DNA of 64,000 nt from Gekko japonicus (lineage: Eukaryota), in contig NW_015174324.1 in NCBI RefSeq assembly GCF_001447785.1, forward strand, positions 276,004 through 340,003, written 5' to 3'. Positions 1 to 11,754 of this stretch are shown here, piece by piece. Below the pieces are notes generated by a model. It searched no databases, was not told the DNA's origin, and saw only the letters and a list, made by a program, of their open reading frames with translations. Positions within the stretch are counted from its first letter, which is position 1; every line of letters begins with the position of its first letter. A program made the translations under genes and the position numbers.

Positions 1-1232
1 CAGCGCGGCGGAAAGGAAAGAACTGGCGGGATGTCCGTGCCTGCCCTTCTGGGCATGCTCACTGGGGCTCCTGAGCATGCTCAGTTGGGCCAGGCACGAA
101 AATCCTTTTAAGAGAGCTTGCTAGGCACCGGCAGATCCAGCGCAGGCGCACTAGATCCCATTGGTGTGAAGCACAGAGACCACGAAGAAGATCCATCACT
201 GTCTGGTTTCTTTTTACCAAAGGACCTCTTTCCCCCCTTCCTTTTAGGCAATCCCCTCCCTGTAAGCTATCCAGAGGAATCAGAAGAGACTGATATACTG
301 AAGGAGCCTGGGCTGCCTCTCCTGGAAAGTTGAGATCCACACGGGCTTGCACTGGGAGAAAGTCCTCTCTGACTGGACCTGAGCTGTTTCTCTTCCCCCC
401 CCAACTGACCCCTCTGCTGTACTTCAGACTCTACAGGTATAGCCTGTGGGAACCAGGCTGCCCTCCATGTATTCCGTGGCCAGTGCAAGTATGGGGGCTG
501 ACCAAACATAGTGGGGGGGAAAGGCACAGCCCCCATACTTGCACTGGCCACGGTAGCGGGTCCCGCCATGGTGGAAAAGGTTGGGGTGAAAGGCACCCCA
601 TAATAGGCTATTCCGCTGAACCGTCTTGAACCGGTGGGGAAGGATTAAAGGTGTTTGGTGGGGCTGCAGGAAACTCACCGACCATTGCTGCCATGGAACT
701 TTCAGCCGCGTTCCTAATGGCCTGCCTCTCCTCCCCCTCCCTTTCTGGCTGCCAGGAGGCCTCCAAGGCCAACAGGGACGTTGGCGGCACTGATCTGCTT
801 AAGCTTAGGTGATTCCCCGAGGCCCCGAGGGCACCCACCTGCTCTTCACCTCGTCCCAATGCCGAGACAGCGTCCCGCAGCAATTTCCCTTTGCCCGAGA
901 CCTTACGCAGGAATGGCTTGCCTTGATGAAGCTCCCATTTCCCTGAGGGTCCCGTGACCGGAACCCTTTTTGAAGACTTCAAGTCCATCTTTAACTTATC
1001 CTTGTCTTTTAANNNNNNNNNNNNNNNNNNNNNNNNNNNNTTTATTTATTTTGTAACTGAAGTAGAGAGTGGAGCTAGGCTCTGACGACCCTCCTGAAGC
1101 GGCAGGGCTATCGAACTGGAAGGACACCCACGCTCTGTCCTACTGGGCATGCTCAAAAATTTGCATAGCCCTGCCTGGAGTGAGAGGAGGCGTGGACTAA
1201 CCAGTGTGGATGCCTTCCCCCACTGAAGGAGA
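1..1232. mobile_element. DIRS1-like tyrosine-recombinase retroelement remnants (terminal repeats, possible ORF1 fragment on minus at about 270-1010)
   Basis: Terminal motifs GCGCAGGCGCACTAGATCCCATTGGTGTGAAGCACAGAGACCACGAAGAAG (141-190) and CCAGTGTGG...CACTGAAGGAGAA (1201-1233) resemble vertebrate DIRS ends; shared CTGGGCATGCTCA; P/S/K-rich frameshifted ORFs between them; gap at 1013-1040. Confidence 0.5.
1013..1040. other. Assembly gap
   Basis: Run of N. Confidence 1.
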
Positions 1233-1570
1233 ATGTAAGCTGGCAAATGCTAAAAAAAATGAGCTATTTGACCCTAGTTAGAGAACAGCACAGCTTACAG
1301 ACTTAGGCAAAGGCATTATTAAAGCTCTGATGGAATAACGTGACACTGTATTTTAGGACAGAAGTGTTTTTCTTTTTCAATCAAGTGAGCTCAAATTGAC
1401 TCAAAAGTAGCCAGTTGCCCTGCTGTGTTGAAAGCTCTGCACCTTTTTTTTAATGCAGTTTATGGTCTGACATTATTGTTGGGGTCATTTCTTTTACCCC
1501 CAGCTGCATCAAAGGGGAAATGAAGTGAGCATATAGGAGGAAGTTAACAAAGTTATGTTTTGTTTCACTC

Positions 1571-1753
1571 AGGGTTGCTAAGTCTGGGTTGGAAAATACC
1601 TGGAGACTTTGGGGAGGGGCCTCAGCATGGTACAATGGCATAGAGTCCAACCTTCAAAGCAGCCATTTTATCCAGGGGAGCTGATCTCTGTCAGCTGGAG
1701 ATCAGTTGTAAAAGCGGGAGATCCCCAAGCCCCACCTGAAGGCTGGCAACCCT
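1571..1753. mobile_element. Short non-autonomous DNA element (AGGGTTGC...GGCAACCCT inverted ends), abundant family in this window
   Basis: Inverted termini; related copies at about 5330-5570, 7770-7990, 22310-22480, 25770-25970, 50530-50740, 52560-52750 and 60500-60715. Confidence 0.6.
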
Positions 1754-1765
1754 AGTTTCAGTAGA

Positions 1766-1970
1766 GGGACTGTGGCTCACTGAAAGAGCATCTGGTTTGG
1801 CTGCAGAAGATCTCAGCTTCAATCCCTGGCAACTCCTCTTAAAAGATCAAGTAGTAAGTAAAATGAAAGACCCTCATTATGCGAGACCTTGGAGAGCCAT
1901 TACCCATCAGAGCAGACAATGCTGACCTTGATAGACCCATAGTCTGACTAAGTAAAAGGCAACTTTATGT
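1766..1970 (+). mobile_element. tRNA-derived squamate SINE
   Basis: A-box (TGGCTCA) and B-box (TTCAATCCC) head followed by a typical squamate SINE body. Confidence 0.55.
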
Positions 1971-2119
1971 GCAGGAATGCAATTTTAGGTTAGCATTCTA
2001 CTCATCAATCCATAACTAGACCAATTTGAAAAAGTAGAATTTGTGTGTGTGTGTTGAAGAGTTGGTTGAGAAAATCAGGGTGAAAAGTTTCACCAATGCC
2101 TTAGGTTGAAATGGAAACA

Positions 2120-2913
2120 TAACACAAAATAATCAACACTTTAATTATGGTCAAGTATGGTACACCTTGTCTAAGAAATAGCTAGAATTAATATTTGAAC
2201 ATAAAGGCATTTTAAAACTATTCATACGTTGAAAGAGAAGAAAATACTTCTCTGAAATATTAACAAGACAAAGGAAAAAGCCAGACAACACAGTTGTTTT
2301 GCAATTGCATTCATTCCCCAAATTCAAAGTGAACAAATAAAGGTAACCGAAATAACTAGTGCTTGATTACACCACAGTAAAGTGTTCTCAAGTTTTACCT
2401 GTATACTAAACTGTAAGGTAAGTACAGATCTTTGCTTTATAAACTGATCAACTAAGACAGGATAGTCCAAGAAAATTAGGATTCAATTCTTGTACCTGCT
2501 GCAAGGCTTTCCTAGCAATATACATATAACAGAAAAGGATATTAAAACACTGAAAATAAGAATAAATCATCATCTTAGCTTTCAGAGTATAACATGAAAG
2601 CCATCTACCGGGTCCTTAAAATGCAATGTTCAGGAATTCTTACAGTATTTTCTCTCTCATGCACCATTTTATACTATATTGTGATAAATGGCAATGACCA
2701 AGATCTAGAATGCCGTTAAGCACAGTTGAATTCAAGAGGAATCTGTAGGATTTAGAAGTGTGCTTAATTCTATGCTAGACAGTGATATCTGACGCAGCTC
2801 AATTGTTTAAAGTGCCATTTATAGCTTGAAATGTTAACCAGTAATTTTTGACAAGCTTCTAATACACGGTGACAGCAGCTTAGATGTTGTAGAGCACTGA
2901 TCTCAGGACATCT
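2120..2913 (-). terminator. ZNF451: ZNF451 3' UTR with probable poly(A) signal ATTAAA at 2145-2140
   Basis: AT-rich, repeat-free sequence after the stop; ATTAAA on the minus strand followed by a GT/T-rich tract. End position inferred. Confidence 0.45.
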
Positions 2914-2966
2914 TCATATTTCCTGAAGACTTCGTCTGATCGCCTCTTGTAATTGTACATCTTCAT
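2914..2966 (-). CDS. ZNF451: ZNF451 exon 15 coding part (DEDVQLQEAIRRSLQEI-stop; ubiquitin-interacting motif)
   Basis: Matches human EDVELEEAIRRSLEEM; TGA at 2916-2914. Confidence 0.93.
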
Positions 2967-3868
2967 CTGCATAAATATATCGGAATTTTATTTATTTATG
3001 GTTTTAAAATAATATTTCAGTGAAAACCTGACCTTGTTTAACAGTGTGACCATCTATATGAGCATTAACTAAATTATGGAGCAGTAACTAAGTGCAAAGA
3101 ACTTTAAGGTGCCAAGCACCATGTAGGTATCTGGATCAATAAGAAATGCAACAAGAGTCCTTGTGCTTAACTTGACTCTAGAACAAGACACTACCTTTCT
3201 ACCCACTGATGCTAGTTAGGAGACCTTCATGCCTGGATTCGAATCCTCTCTCTGCTATGATCAAAACAAGATGGACTTGAGCAAGTCATTGTCTTTCAGG
3301 GCTAGTTCATACAAGCTGCAGTTTCTGTATGATGACCTTGGAATATGCAGTACTGCAGGCAGGCTCACATTACCTATATAGGCTATGCATCAGTATGTCC
3401 ATGTGGAGGTTTGTCACAATTTGTTGTCAGAATTCACTATAAAATGTGTTGCTACATCCATGTAGGTTGTGGGGCCTATACATAAGAGTACTGTGCAAAA
3501 GAGTTGATCCATACCATTACTGGCTCCTAGTGATCTTGTCTATGTCATAAACCCATACTTAGAGGTCACTGCATGAGCAACACCAGTAATATGAACTGGT
3601 TCGCAAATTCAGCTCTCCAATTATAAGGAAATCAATAATAAGTAGTATTTTATGACCAAGGGATCATTTAGTACTACTGTTTTGTGGGCACTATCCTTGT
3701 TTGTCTGCTGTTACTGTTTTGTTACCACTATGTGCTTTCTGCTCAGTAATGTGTACATATAGTAAGAACAAGCAAGCAAAGAAGTATTTTAGAATGTTCC
3801 TTGTTTGACCTAAAAGGTCTTTGGTCACAGAAAATTAATAAAAATCTCACATGGAAATTAAGACATAC

Positions 3869-3931
3869 CCCCTTGAATCTGTGGTCCTTGCAAGCACTGT
3901 TGTGTAGTCACTGGAGAATCCTCTTCAGTTT
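3869..3931 (-). CDS. ZNF451: ZNF451 exon 14 (ETEEDSPVTTQQCLQGPQIQG)
   Basis: 63 nt, phase 1->1, tttacag acceptor, gtatgt donor; poorly conserved linker in the position of the short penultimate human exon. Confidence 0.75.
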
Positions 3932-4359
3932 CTGTAAACAGACACAAATATTGTCCTCACTAGGGACTATCTCAGCTCACATAATTCCCCCTCCTGTGGA
4001 GTTTTGACTACCACACACCTTTTGAACAGAGGCTTAATATTCTCAAGCTAACAACCTCACATAATCAAAAATGCACATATTCAGAAGTGGGCATCTTCCT
4101 CTGTCTTCCTAGGCAAGTAGTTTATCCCTCCCAGGAGTGCAAAACACAGAGTAAGAGGGTGAATGTGGTATAATGGCTAAAGCATTTGGCTTGGAATAGG
4201 GAGACCTGGATTTAAATCCCCTTGGACCAGGAAAGCTGCTGTCTTTCAGCATAACCTACCTCCCAGTGCCTGGGAAGATAAAATGGGTGGAGGAGAATCA
4301 TCTATGCTTCTCTGAGCTCTTTGGAGGAAGAGTGTGTGCCACTTAGTTAAAAAATATAC

Positions 4360-4546
4360 CTTTGGCCGTATCCGAAATGCTGTTTAATAAGGCACACATC
4401 ATATCAGCATCAATTTTATGAGGGTCTAGAATACGGGTTGCCCGTTGAGTCATCTTAAGCTGGTTCTCCAACTCCAGAAAGCTTTTGTCTCCAGAAAGAA
4501 TGGTGAAAGGAATATGCTTGGGCAGATACTCATCCAGGCGGCCCAC
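4360..4546 (-). CDS. ZNF451: ZNF451 exon 13 (VGRLDEYLPKHIPFTILSGDKSFLELENQ...DMMCALLNSISDTAK)
   Basis: 187 nt, phase 0->1, AG/GT; strong match to the human C-terminal domain. Confidence 0.95.
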
Positions 4547-5205
4547 CTAAGAAACAGAGTGTAAATTAACTAAAACCAAAAGTATGTAGTTTAAACAAAG
4601 ACATCTGATAGAGGATTCTTCAGTTAAAAAATACTTCAAGATTGGTATGGCTGTTTGGTTTGTGATGGTGAAGAACAAACTGACTTATAAACAAACTAGG
4701 AATAAAGCCTATTGTGCAAATAAATACAATGAGCTCTAAAAAGAGGCTCTGGGCGGATGTCCTGGTCTTAGGCAGGCAGCATCAATTTGCTGTGGTGACC
4801 TCAGCAAGGTATAATGACACAGAGCTTACCGTTTCCTCCAGGGGAACTGATCTCTGCCATCTGAAGAGCAGTTGTAATTCTGACTAAACTCCAGCCCTCC
4901 CCTGGAGATTGGAAACAATGGTTCCCCAGGAGGAAATGGCTGGTTTGGAGGATATGGCATTGTACATGTCTGAGGACCCATTCCACCTCAAACCTCCAGG
5001 AATTTCCCAACTTGGAGGTGACAACCTTATCTCCTTCCCAGCTCACCATCGGCGTACCTTTATCTGCCCCTCTGACTTCAGCTTTCCATCTCCCCACACA
5101 CACCTGGAGCCTCTACCTAGGAAAAGTAGTATTTCTCCACAGTGGGGACCAAAGCAGCTCACATCATTTTCCTCTCCCTCTTTTGATCTGAGGTAGGTTA
5201 GGCTG

Positions 5206-7081
5206 AAAGTCTGTGAGTGGTCTGAAATCACCCAATCGGCTTCCACAGGAAGAACCTGCGTCTGGCAGACCCTGCTTTGAAGCACTAACTGCTACATTAC
5301 ACTGGCCGTCATGGGGGGGCACCTCAGCAGGGTATAATGACACAGAGTCAACTATCTTATCCAGGGAACTGATCTCTGCCATCTGGAGAGCAGTTGTAAT
5401 TGTGAGTGATCTCCAGCCCTCCCCTGGAGATCGGCAACAATAATTCCCCAGGAGGAAATGGCTGGTTTGGAGGGTGGAGTCTATGGCCTCCTCAAACCCT
5501 ACCCTCTCCAGGCTCCACCCCTCAAATCTCCAGGAATCTCCCCACCTGGAGTTGGCAACCCAATCTCCTTCCCAGCCAACCATCAACCTAACTTTATCAG
5601 CCCTTCTGACTTCAGCTTTCCATCTCCCCACCCCCCCAATCTGGAGATTCTACCTAGGAATAGTACAGTTTTTCTCCACAGTGGGGACCCAAGAAGGACG
5701 GAAGCGACCTCAGGAGGGCATAATGACACAGTCTACCCTGCAAAGCAGCTGTTTTCTCCAGGTGAACTGATCTCTGCCATCTGAAGAGCAGTTTTAATTC
5801 TGAGTGATCTCCAGCCCTCACCTGGAGAATGGCAGCAATGGTTCCCCAGGAGGAAATGGCTGATTTGGAGGCATTGTACCTGTAAGTCCCACCTTTTCTC
5901 AAACCCCATCATCTCCAGGCTCCACCGCTCAAATCTCCAGGAATTTCCAAACCTGGAGTTAGCAGCTGTAATGACTCCATGTTTTAGTGTGTGTGTTCCT
6001 TTAAATGTTAGTTTGACAGCAGTAATGCAAGGAGGGCGATAGGAGGAGATGAGTATGATTTGATTGGCTGGTGACTGAGAGTGTGGGAGATGTTCTGAGA
6101 GGAATCTGTGTGTGTGTTTTATGACAGAGAGTTCTGTGTATGTAAAGTCTGTGAGTGGTCTGAAATCACCCAATCGGCTTCCACAGGAAGAACCTGCGTC
6201 TGGCAGACCCTGCTTTGAAGCACTAACTGCTACATTACACTGGCCGTCATGGGGGGGCACCTCAGCAGGGTATAATGACACAGAGTCAACTATCTTATCC
6301 AGGGAACTGATCTCTGCCATCTGGAGAGCAGTTGTAATTGTGAGTGATCTCCAGCCCTCCCCTGGAGATCGGCAACAATAATTCCCCAGGAGGAAATGGC
6401 TGGTTTGGAGGGTGGAGGCTATGGCCTCCTCAAACCCTACCCTCTCCAGGCTCCACCCCTCAAATCTCCAGGAATCTCCCAACCTGGAGTTGGCAACCCA
6501 ATCTCCTTCCCAGCCAACCATCAACCTAACTTTATCAGCCCTTCTGACTTCAGCTTTCCATCTCCCCACCCCCCCAATCTGGAGATTCTACCTAGGAATA
6601 GTACAGTTTTTCTCCACAGTGGGGACCCAAGAAGGACGGAAGCGACCTCAGGAGGGCATAATGACACAGTCTACCCTGCAAAGCAGCTGTTTTCTCCAGG
6701 TGAACTGATCTCTGCCATCTGAAGAGCAGTTTTAATTCTGAGTGATCTCCAGCCCTCACCTGGAGAATGGCAGCAATGGTTCCCCAGGAGGAAATGGCTG
6801 ATTTGGAGGCATTGTACCTGTAAGTCCCACCTTTTCTCAAACCCCATCATCTCCAGGCTCCACCGCTCAAATCTCCAGGAATTTCCAAACCTGGAGTTAG
6901 CAGCTGTAATGACTCCATGTTTTAGTGTGTGTTTTCCTTTAAATGTTAGTTTGACAGCAGTAATGCAAGGAGGGCGATAGGAGGAGATGAGTATGATTTG
7001 ATTGGCTGGTGACTGAGAGTGTGGGAGATGTTCTGAGAGGAATCTGTGTGTGTGTTTTATGACAGAGAGTTCTGTGTATGT
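5206..7081. repeat. Tandem duplication, 2 x 938 bp (5206-6143 and 6144-7081)
   Basis: Near-identical units (about 3 substitutions seen); duplicated ORFs in the track are offset by exactly 938. Confidence 0.95.
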
Positions 7082-7570
7082 ATCTTTGGAAAAGTGAAGT
7101 GTGGAAGAGCTATGAAGAGGGTCTGTGTGACTCTAAAAGTTCTGTGAGAGAGTCTATATGGCAAAGAAACAAGTAGTGTCTAAACTGTGTGGTTAGACAA
7201 ATGTTTTATCTTCTATGCCTAAGACAAAGAGCTTAGCCAATGTGGTTACATATATGAGAGAAGTCTATCAGCTTGGAATTTTGGTGTCTGAGAGACTGTG
7301 TGTGACACCTTACCAGTTATATTTACAAGTTCTTTTTTCCAGACACAGTTCAAGATAACCAGAAACCTATTTTGTTCTTTATTCAAATTGGTACAGTCCT
7401 TCCTCAGGGTCACATAGTCCTCTGAAGTGCCCATACCCTGGGTCATACTACCAAAAGAGAGAGAATTGGAATTTTTAATTCCTGGTGGCAGCAGAAAACT
7501 ACCAAGTTTATATACACAGTGGGTGGTTTAAAGGAAAAAACAGTTTCCCCCTATAAGCAAGCATGCCACA
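6905..7570. mobile_element. Solo LTR
   Basis: TG...CA ends; TSD gcagc/gcaac; splits the ggcaaccct terminus of the host repeat. Confidence 0.65.
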
Positions 7571-8515
7571 GCAACCCTATGTCCTTCCCAGCCAACCATC
7601 AACATACTGTTATCTGCCCCTGACTTCAGCTTTCCATCCCGTGGCCCCCCCCCCACTACCTAGGAAAAGTGCAGTCTTTCTCCACAGTGGAGACCCAAGC
7701 TGGAGGAAAGCGGAGGAAAGGTATAATGACACATAGTCCACCCTGCAAACCAGCCATTTTTCTCCAGGGAAACTGAGCTCTGCCATCTAGAGAGCAGTTG
7801 TAATTCTGAGTGATCTCCATCCCTCACCTGGAGAATGGCAGTAACAGTTCCCCAGGAGAAAATAACTGCTTTGGAGGGTGGACTCTATGGCATTCTATTC
7901 AGCTGAGGCCTCTCCCCTCCCCAAACCCTGGCTTTTGTAGACTCCACCACAAAATCTCCAGGAATTTCCCAACCTGGAGCTGGCAACCCTAGTCAGGATT
8001 GGCCCCAATGAGCTCCCCACAAAGGCCTGGAAAGGGCCTCCTGGCTTTGCCTTTTTACTAAGAATAACAAAACCACAACTGTGTGCTAAAATTCCCGCAA
8101 AATATTTACAAAGGAGACTTTGTCTGAAGTAAATCTGTCCATATAATCCATCACAGGAAAATTCAGAAGCCAAAAAATTAATATACAAGATAAATATACA
8201 AAAAGCCCAACACTTTTCCTAGGTATTTTTCAGTGTTTCAGACTTCTGGTCCTTCCTCAGGAACAAAGAACAACTGCTGAGAGTCTCATTCTATCTCTTT
8301 ATAAGATAATGCTTTTCTATTATTTCTATATTAGTCAAGGTCTTCTTAGGTCTAACCAGCATCCCTATAGGCTGCTTCAGTGTATCAGGACCAAAACATA
8401 CCTCTGGCTTTGCCTTTTTACAGAAGCCAAGCAGGAGAAGTGTCTTCGACAGGAGAGACAGCTGTTTTGGCAGTTAATTCTGACAGGGAACAGTGGATGA
8501 GGTAGCAGTGGGCAG

Positions 8516-9262
8516 TGTAGGACAAGGGACCAGTGAATGATTGTGATTTTTGATATTTTTCTCGACATGTAGAATGACAGTTGTCATTGTGCCTTATTAG
8601 GAGTCTGATTAAAGTGAATTTAGATTTTAATATTTAGCCCAGACAGAAGAGCTGTAGAGCAGGATTAATTAGAGTATTATTTTAATAGTTAAAGGTCTTT
8701 TTCTTAGAGTCAGAAAATAATGGAATGGAATGTACATTTGAAATTATAAGCTCTCCAGGTGAAGGACATCTGAGAAGTAAAGCTATGAGATGGAAAGACT
8801 CTGAGTGTTCTCAAAACAAATATCTTTCTGTGTAGAGCAGCACACCTGGCCCTAGAAGGTCTGCTAAGAGCTAAGTTTTGTGCATTTTATCAGGAAACTC
8901 CCTAGTTTCAGGCTGAAACAAATAAACCAGGAATTATGCCAAAAGAAGGCCCCTCTGTTCCTTGATGTTTTCCACTGTTCTGGGATCAGATAAGCAGACA
9001 CAATTATTGACACTTGGGATCCCAATAGGGGTTTCCCAATAGAGAAGTGCCAGCTAAAAGGATGCTTTGCTGATGACACCTGTCAAACAGCAATAAAAGA
9101 CCTATTGCCCTTCCTGGTCGGGGCAGAATATAGTTTGGTGTTACTGGGTGCCAAGGTATCCAGTCCTGTATTTTCCTGATTATTGCAATAAACATATATT
9201 TGTTCTCTCCCTGGACTCCAACCATGTATTCCTTATTTGGCCCCGGGAGCACACGGGGCACA
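8516..9262 (+). mobile_element. Probable solo LTR inside the Helitron
   Basis: TG...CA ends, AATAAA about 75 bp before the end; absent from the homologous copy at about 26180; TSD unclear. Confidence 0.5.
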
Positions 9263-10038
9263 GAGGAGTGGACCCAGCACCCAGCCAATGGCACGCGAGT
9301 ACTCTTGATTGGCGGTTGATGGGCCAAAGGCTGATGGAGCGCACAGCACAGCCAATGGGAGAGCTGGAAAGTGCCAACGCATTAGGGCAATTATATCAGA
9401 ATATTGGGGGGGATTCTAAAAAAGTCTATTTGTTCAGAATTGGAGGATGCTTTTGCTATACTGGAATAAGTTGAATCCAGCTGAAGATGTACAGACAGAA
9501 GTGTATAATATTACATGTAATACTATGTGTTTAATAATATTTTTATAAACAATGTGCATTAGGCTAACCTTGTTTGGTTTTATAGGTCTCTTTTTATGTT
9601 TTGCTAAAATAAAATTTTAAGAACTGGCATGGCTGGAAATTACATGAAGGTCTAGTTCAGTTCCTTGAACTATGGATTTTTCATAGATGCCAGCAATAAA
9701 TACCTGGGAAGCCAAGATAAGCTGGCAAAAAAGAACAAGAGGCTAAGTCCAACACTACTGCCCCATGGAAGTATGCCCCATCTTTTATCTTTCTCTCAGC
9801 ACATCGGTATAAATGTATGGTTTTCTACAATTTATTTACTAATGGTTTTATTATGTAGAAAAAGATAGTCCTCTCTCCTGAGGACTGAGCTCTAAGTACG
9901 CAATGGAGGAAGAAAAAAGGATATTGCTGTGGCCCACCCTCAGGTACCTGCAGATGTGGATGTGTATGTAGATTTTGCCCAGACAGTCATTCATGCATGG
10001 CAAAAACAGAAGGCTGTCAAAGAAGCCTGATGACTTAC

Positions 10039-10169
10039 ATGTACACAGATTGCAAAGTCAGCTGCTTCCCTCCTTTTACCACAGCGTGGATGAAGGAAGA
10101 AACACCCAATCTTGCTAAGATAATTAAATATTTTGCAATTCACAGGTTGTTTCCAGTTGCCGTGCCCAC
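10039..10169 (-). CDS. ZNF451: ZNF451 exon 12 (GGHGNWKQPVNCKIFNYLSKIGCFFLHPRCGKRREAADFAICVH)
   Basis: 131 nt, phase 1->0, AG/GT; human IGCFFLHPRCSKRKDAADFAICMH. Confidence 0.95.
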
Positions 10170-10542
10170 CTAAATGATAAAATGAGGATGGACACATTGT
10201 TAGAAACGTCACTTAAGTTTCACAAGGAGAAGGGATGGGCTAGAAGTAGCAGAGAATGTCACTGTGAAAACCATAAAATGTTATGCACATTTTCCAAGAA
10301 TCAGAAAAAGGTTACAAAAGGTTAATACAGTGAATGAGATGCACTCAACTCTTCCTCTAAACTTCTTGTTAGTGTATCAGATCAAAGTATAAGTGTAGAA
10401 ATTTGAACACTGTTCCCACATCAATCAGAAATGGCCAAGCAGCATCTAAGCAACTTTATTTGCCCCCCCAATCAAAGTCTACTATTAAAGATAGATACAG
10501 ATTCACTTAAAGCAAACATGGGAGAAATTATCAAAGATAATA

Positions 10543-10956
10543 ATAGAATCATAGAGTTGGAAGGGGCCATACAGACCATCTAGTCCAACCCCCTGCCCAA
10601 TGCAGGACCAGCCTAGAGCATCTCTGATAAATATTCATCCAGCCTCTTCTTGAAAGCTGTCAATGAAGGGGAGCTAACCACCTCCCTAGGCAGCTGATTC
10701 CACCTCTGAACCACTCTGACCGTGAAAATGTTTTGCCCTAAATATCCAGCTGATACCTTTCTGCATGTAATTTAAACCCACTGCTTCAGGTTCTATCCTC
10801 TGCTGCCAACTGGAATAGCTCTTTGCCCTCCTCAAAATGACAGCCTTTCAAATATTTAAAGAGAGCAATCATGTCCCCATTCAGTCTCCTCCAAACTAAA
10901 CATTCCCAAGGCCCTTAGCCTTTCCTCATAGGGCTCAGTCTCCAGACCCCTGATCA
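10543..10956 (-). mobile_element. CR1 LINE 3' fragment
   Basis: CR1 3' UTR with (ATTCTATG)n tail and C-terminal RT sequence; homologous to 58760-59172. Confidence 0.9.
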
Positions 10957-11263
10957 TCTGAGGATGCCCTCCCCAAAAGATGTTATGAGATTGTGACAGG
11001 CATTAGGGGGTTTCCTAGCAACCCTGTAGAAACAAGCAGTCAAGAAGGAGCCAGGTGGCAGCTGATGAAGAAAGGAAACACAGAACCGGCAGTGCGTGGT
11101 AGGGATAATGGGATGAACACACTTTGGCTTATAGCCAAAGAAAGCATGATATAGAACATGGGCCATATCTGATTTTTCTTATTTTGCCAGATTCTAAGAA
11201 AGTGCACTACTTATTCTATAAAGCTTTCATTGTTATGCCTGAACAGTTTATTCTTTCCCTTAC

Positions 11264-11401
11264 CTTGAAAGCCCCAGATAAAAGTCCCCTGGTTAAGAGT
11301 AGCAGGCAGTTGATGGAAGAGGTTCCCCCAGTTATCTAAATCCATCATTATAATATGCGTCATGGTGCACAAGTAATCTAGATCAGGTAGATCTTCATCG
11401 T
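11264..11401 (-). CDS. ZNF451: ZNF451 exon 11 (DLPDLDYLCTMTHIIMMDLDNWGNLFHQLPATLNQGTFIWGFQ; start of PIN-like domain)
   Basis: 138 nt, phase 1->1, AG/GT; human LPDLDYLRTMTHIVFVDFDNW...LNQGTFIWGFQG. Confidence 0.95.
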
Positions 11402-11754
11402 CTAGGTTGGGGGGAGGGAGAGATCAAAATATATTTCACATTCCATTACAGATATCGAAATCCAGACTACTTTCAAAATATAGTTCTATGGACTGATTTC
11501 CTGCTTTCTACTAGTGCAAGTAGATAATTGCCCTTTCCCTGGCATGCCTTTTGACCCCTCCAAAAAGATATGCTAGTGATTAGAGGAAGATCTGCATGGA
11601 CAAAAAAACCCTGGTTGAGGGGCTGCAGTAAGAAGAGGAATCAAGCAAGATCATCCAACCTCCCTCTTAACACCAATGGAAATAATGGTAGGATCCAACA
11701 TTACTATGTTTTGACAGCAGTATAATCCAAACCATAAAAATAAAGTATATTTAC

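Larger units (their letters stand above)
4696..9400 (-). mobile_element. Composite non-autonomous Helitron with captured repeat modules, two LTR insertions and a tandem duplication
   Basis: Minus-strand 3' end: degenerate hairpin + CTAG|T at 4696. Both ends are homologous to the complete copy at 25565-26331 (9270-9400 matches 26195-26331). Confidence 0.7.

Noticed and set aside
4801-6840. Cluster of overlapping ORFs up to 278 aa
   Set aside because: They come from repeat modules and the 938-bp duplication; no homology or exon structure.
11651-11754. Extension of the exon-10 ORF (CKYTLFLWFG...)
   Set aside because: Read-through past the donor at 11755/11754; the phase fits splicing to exon 11.
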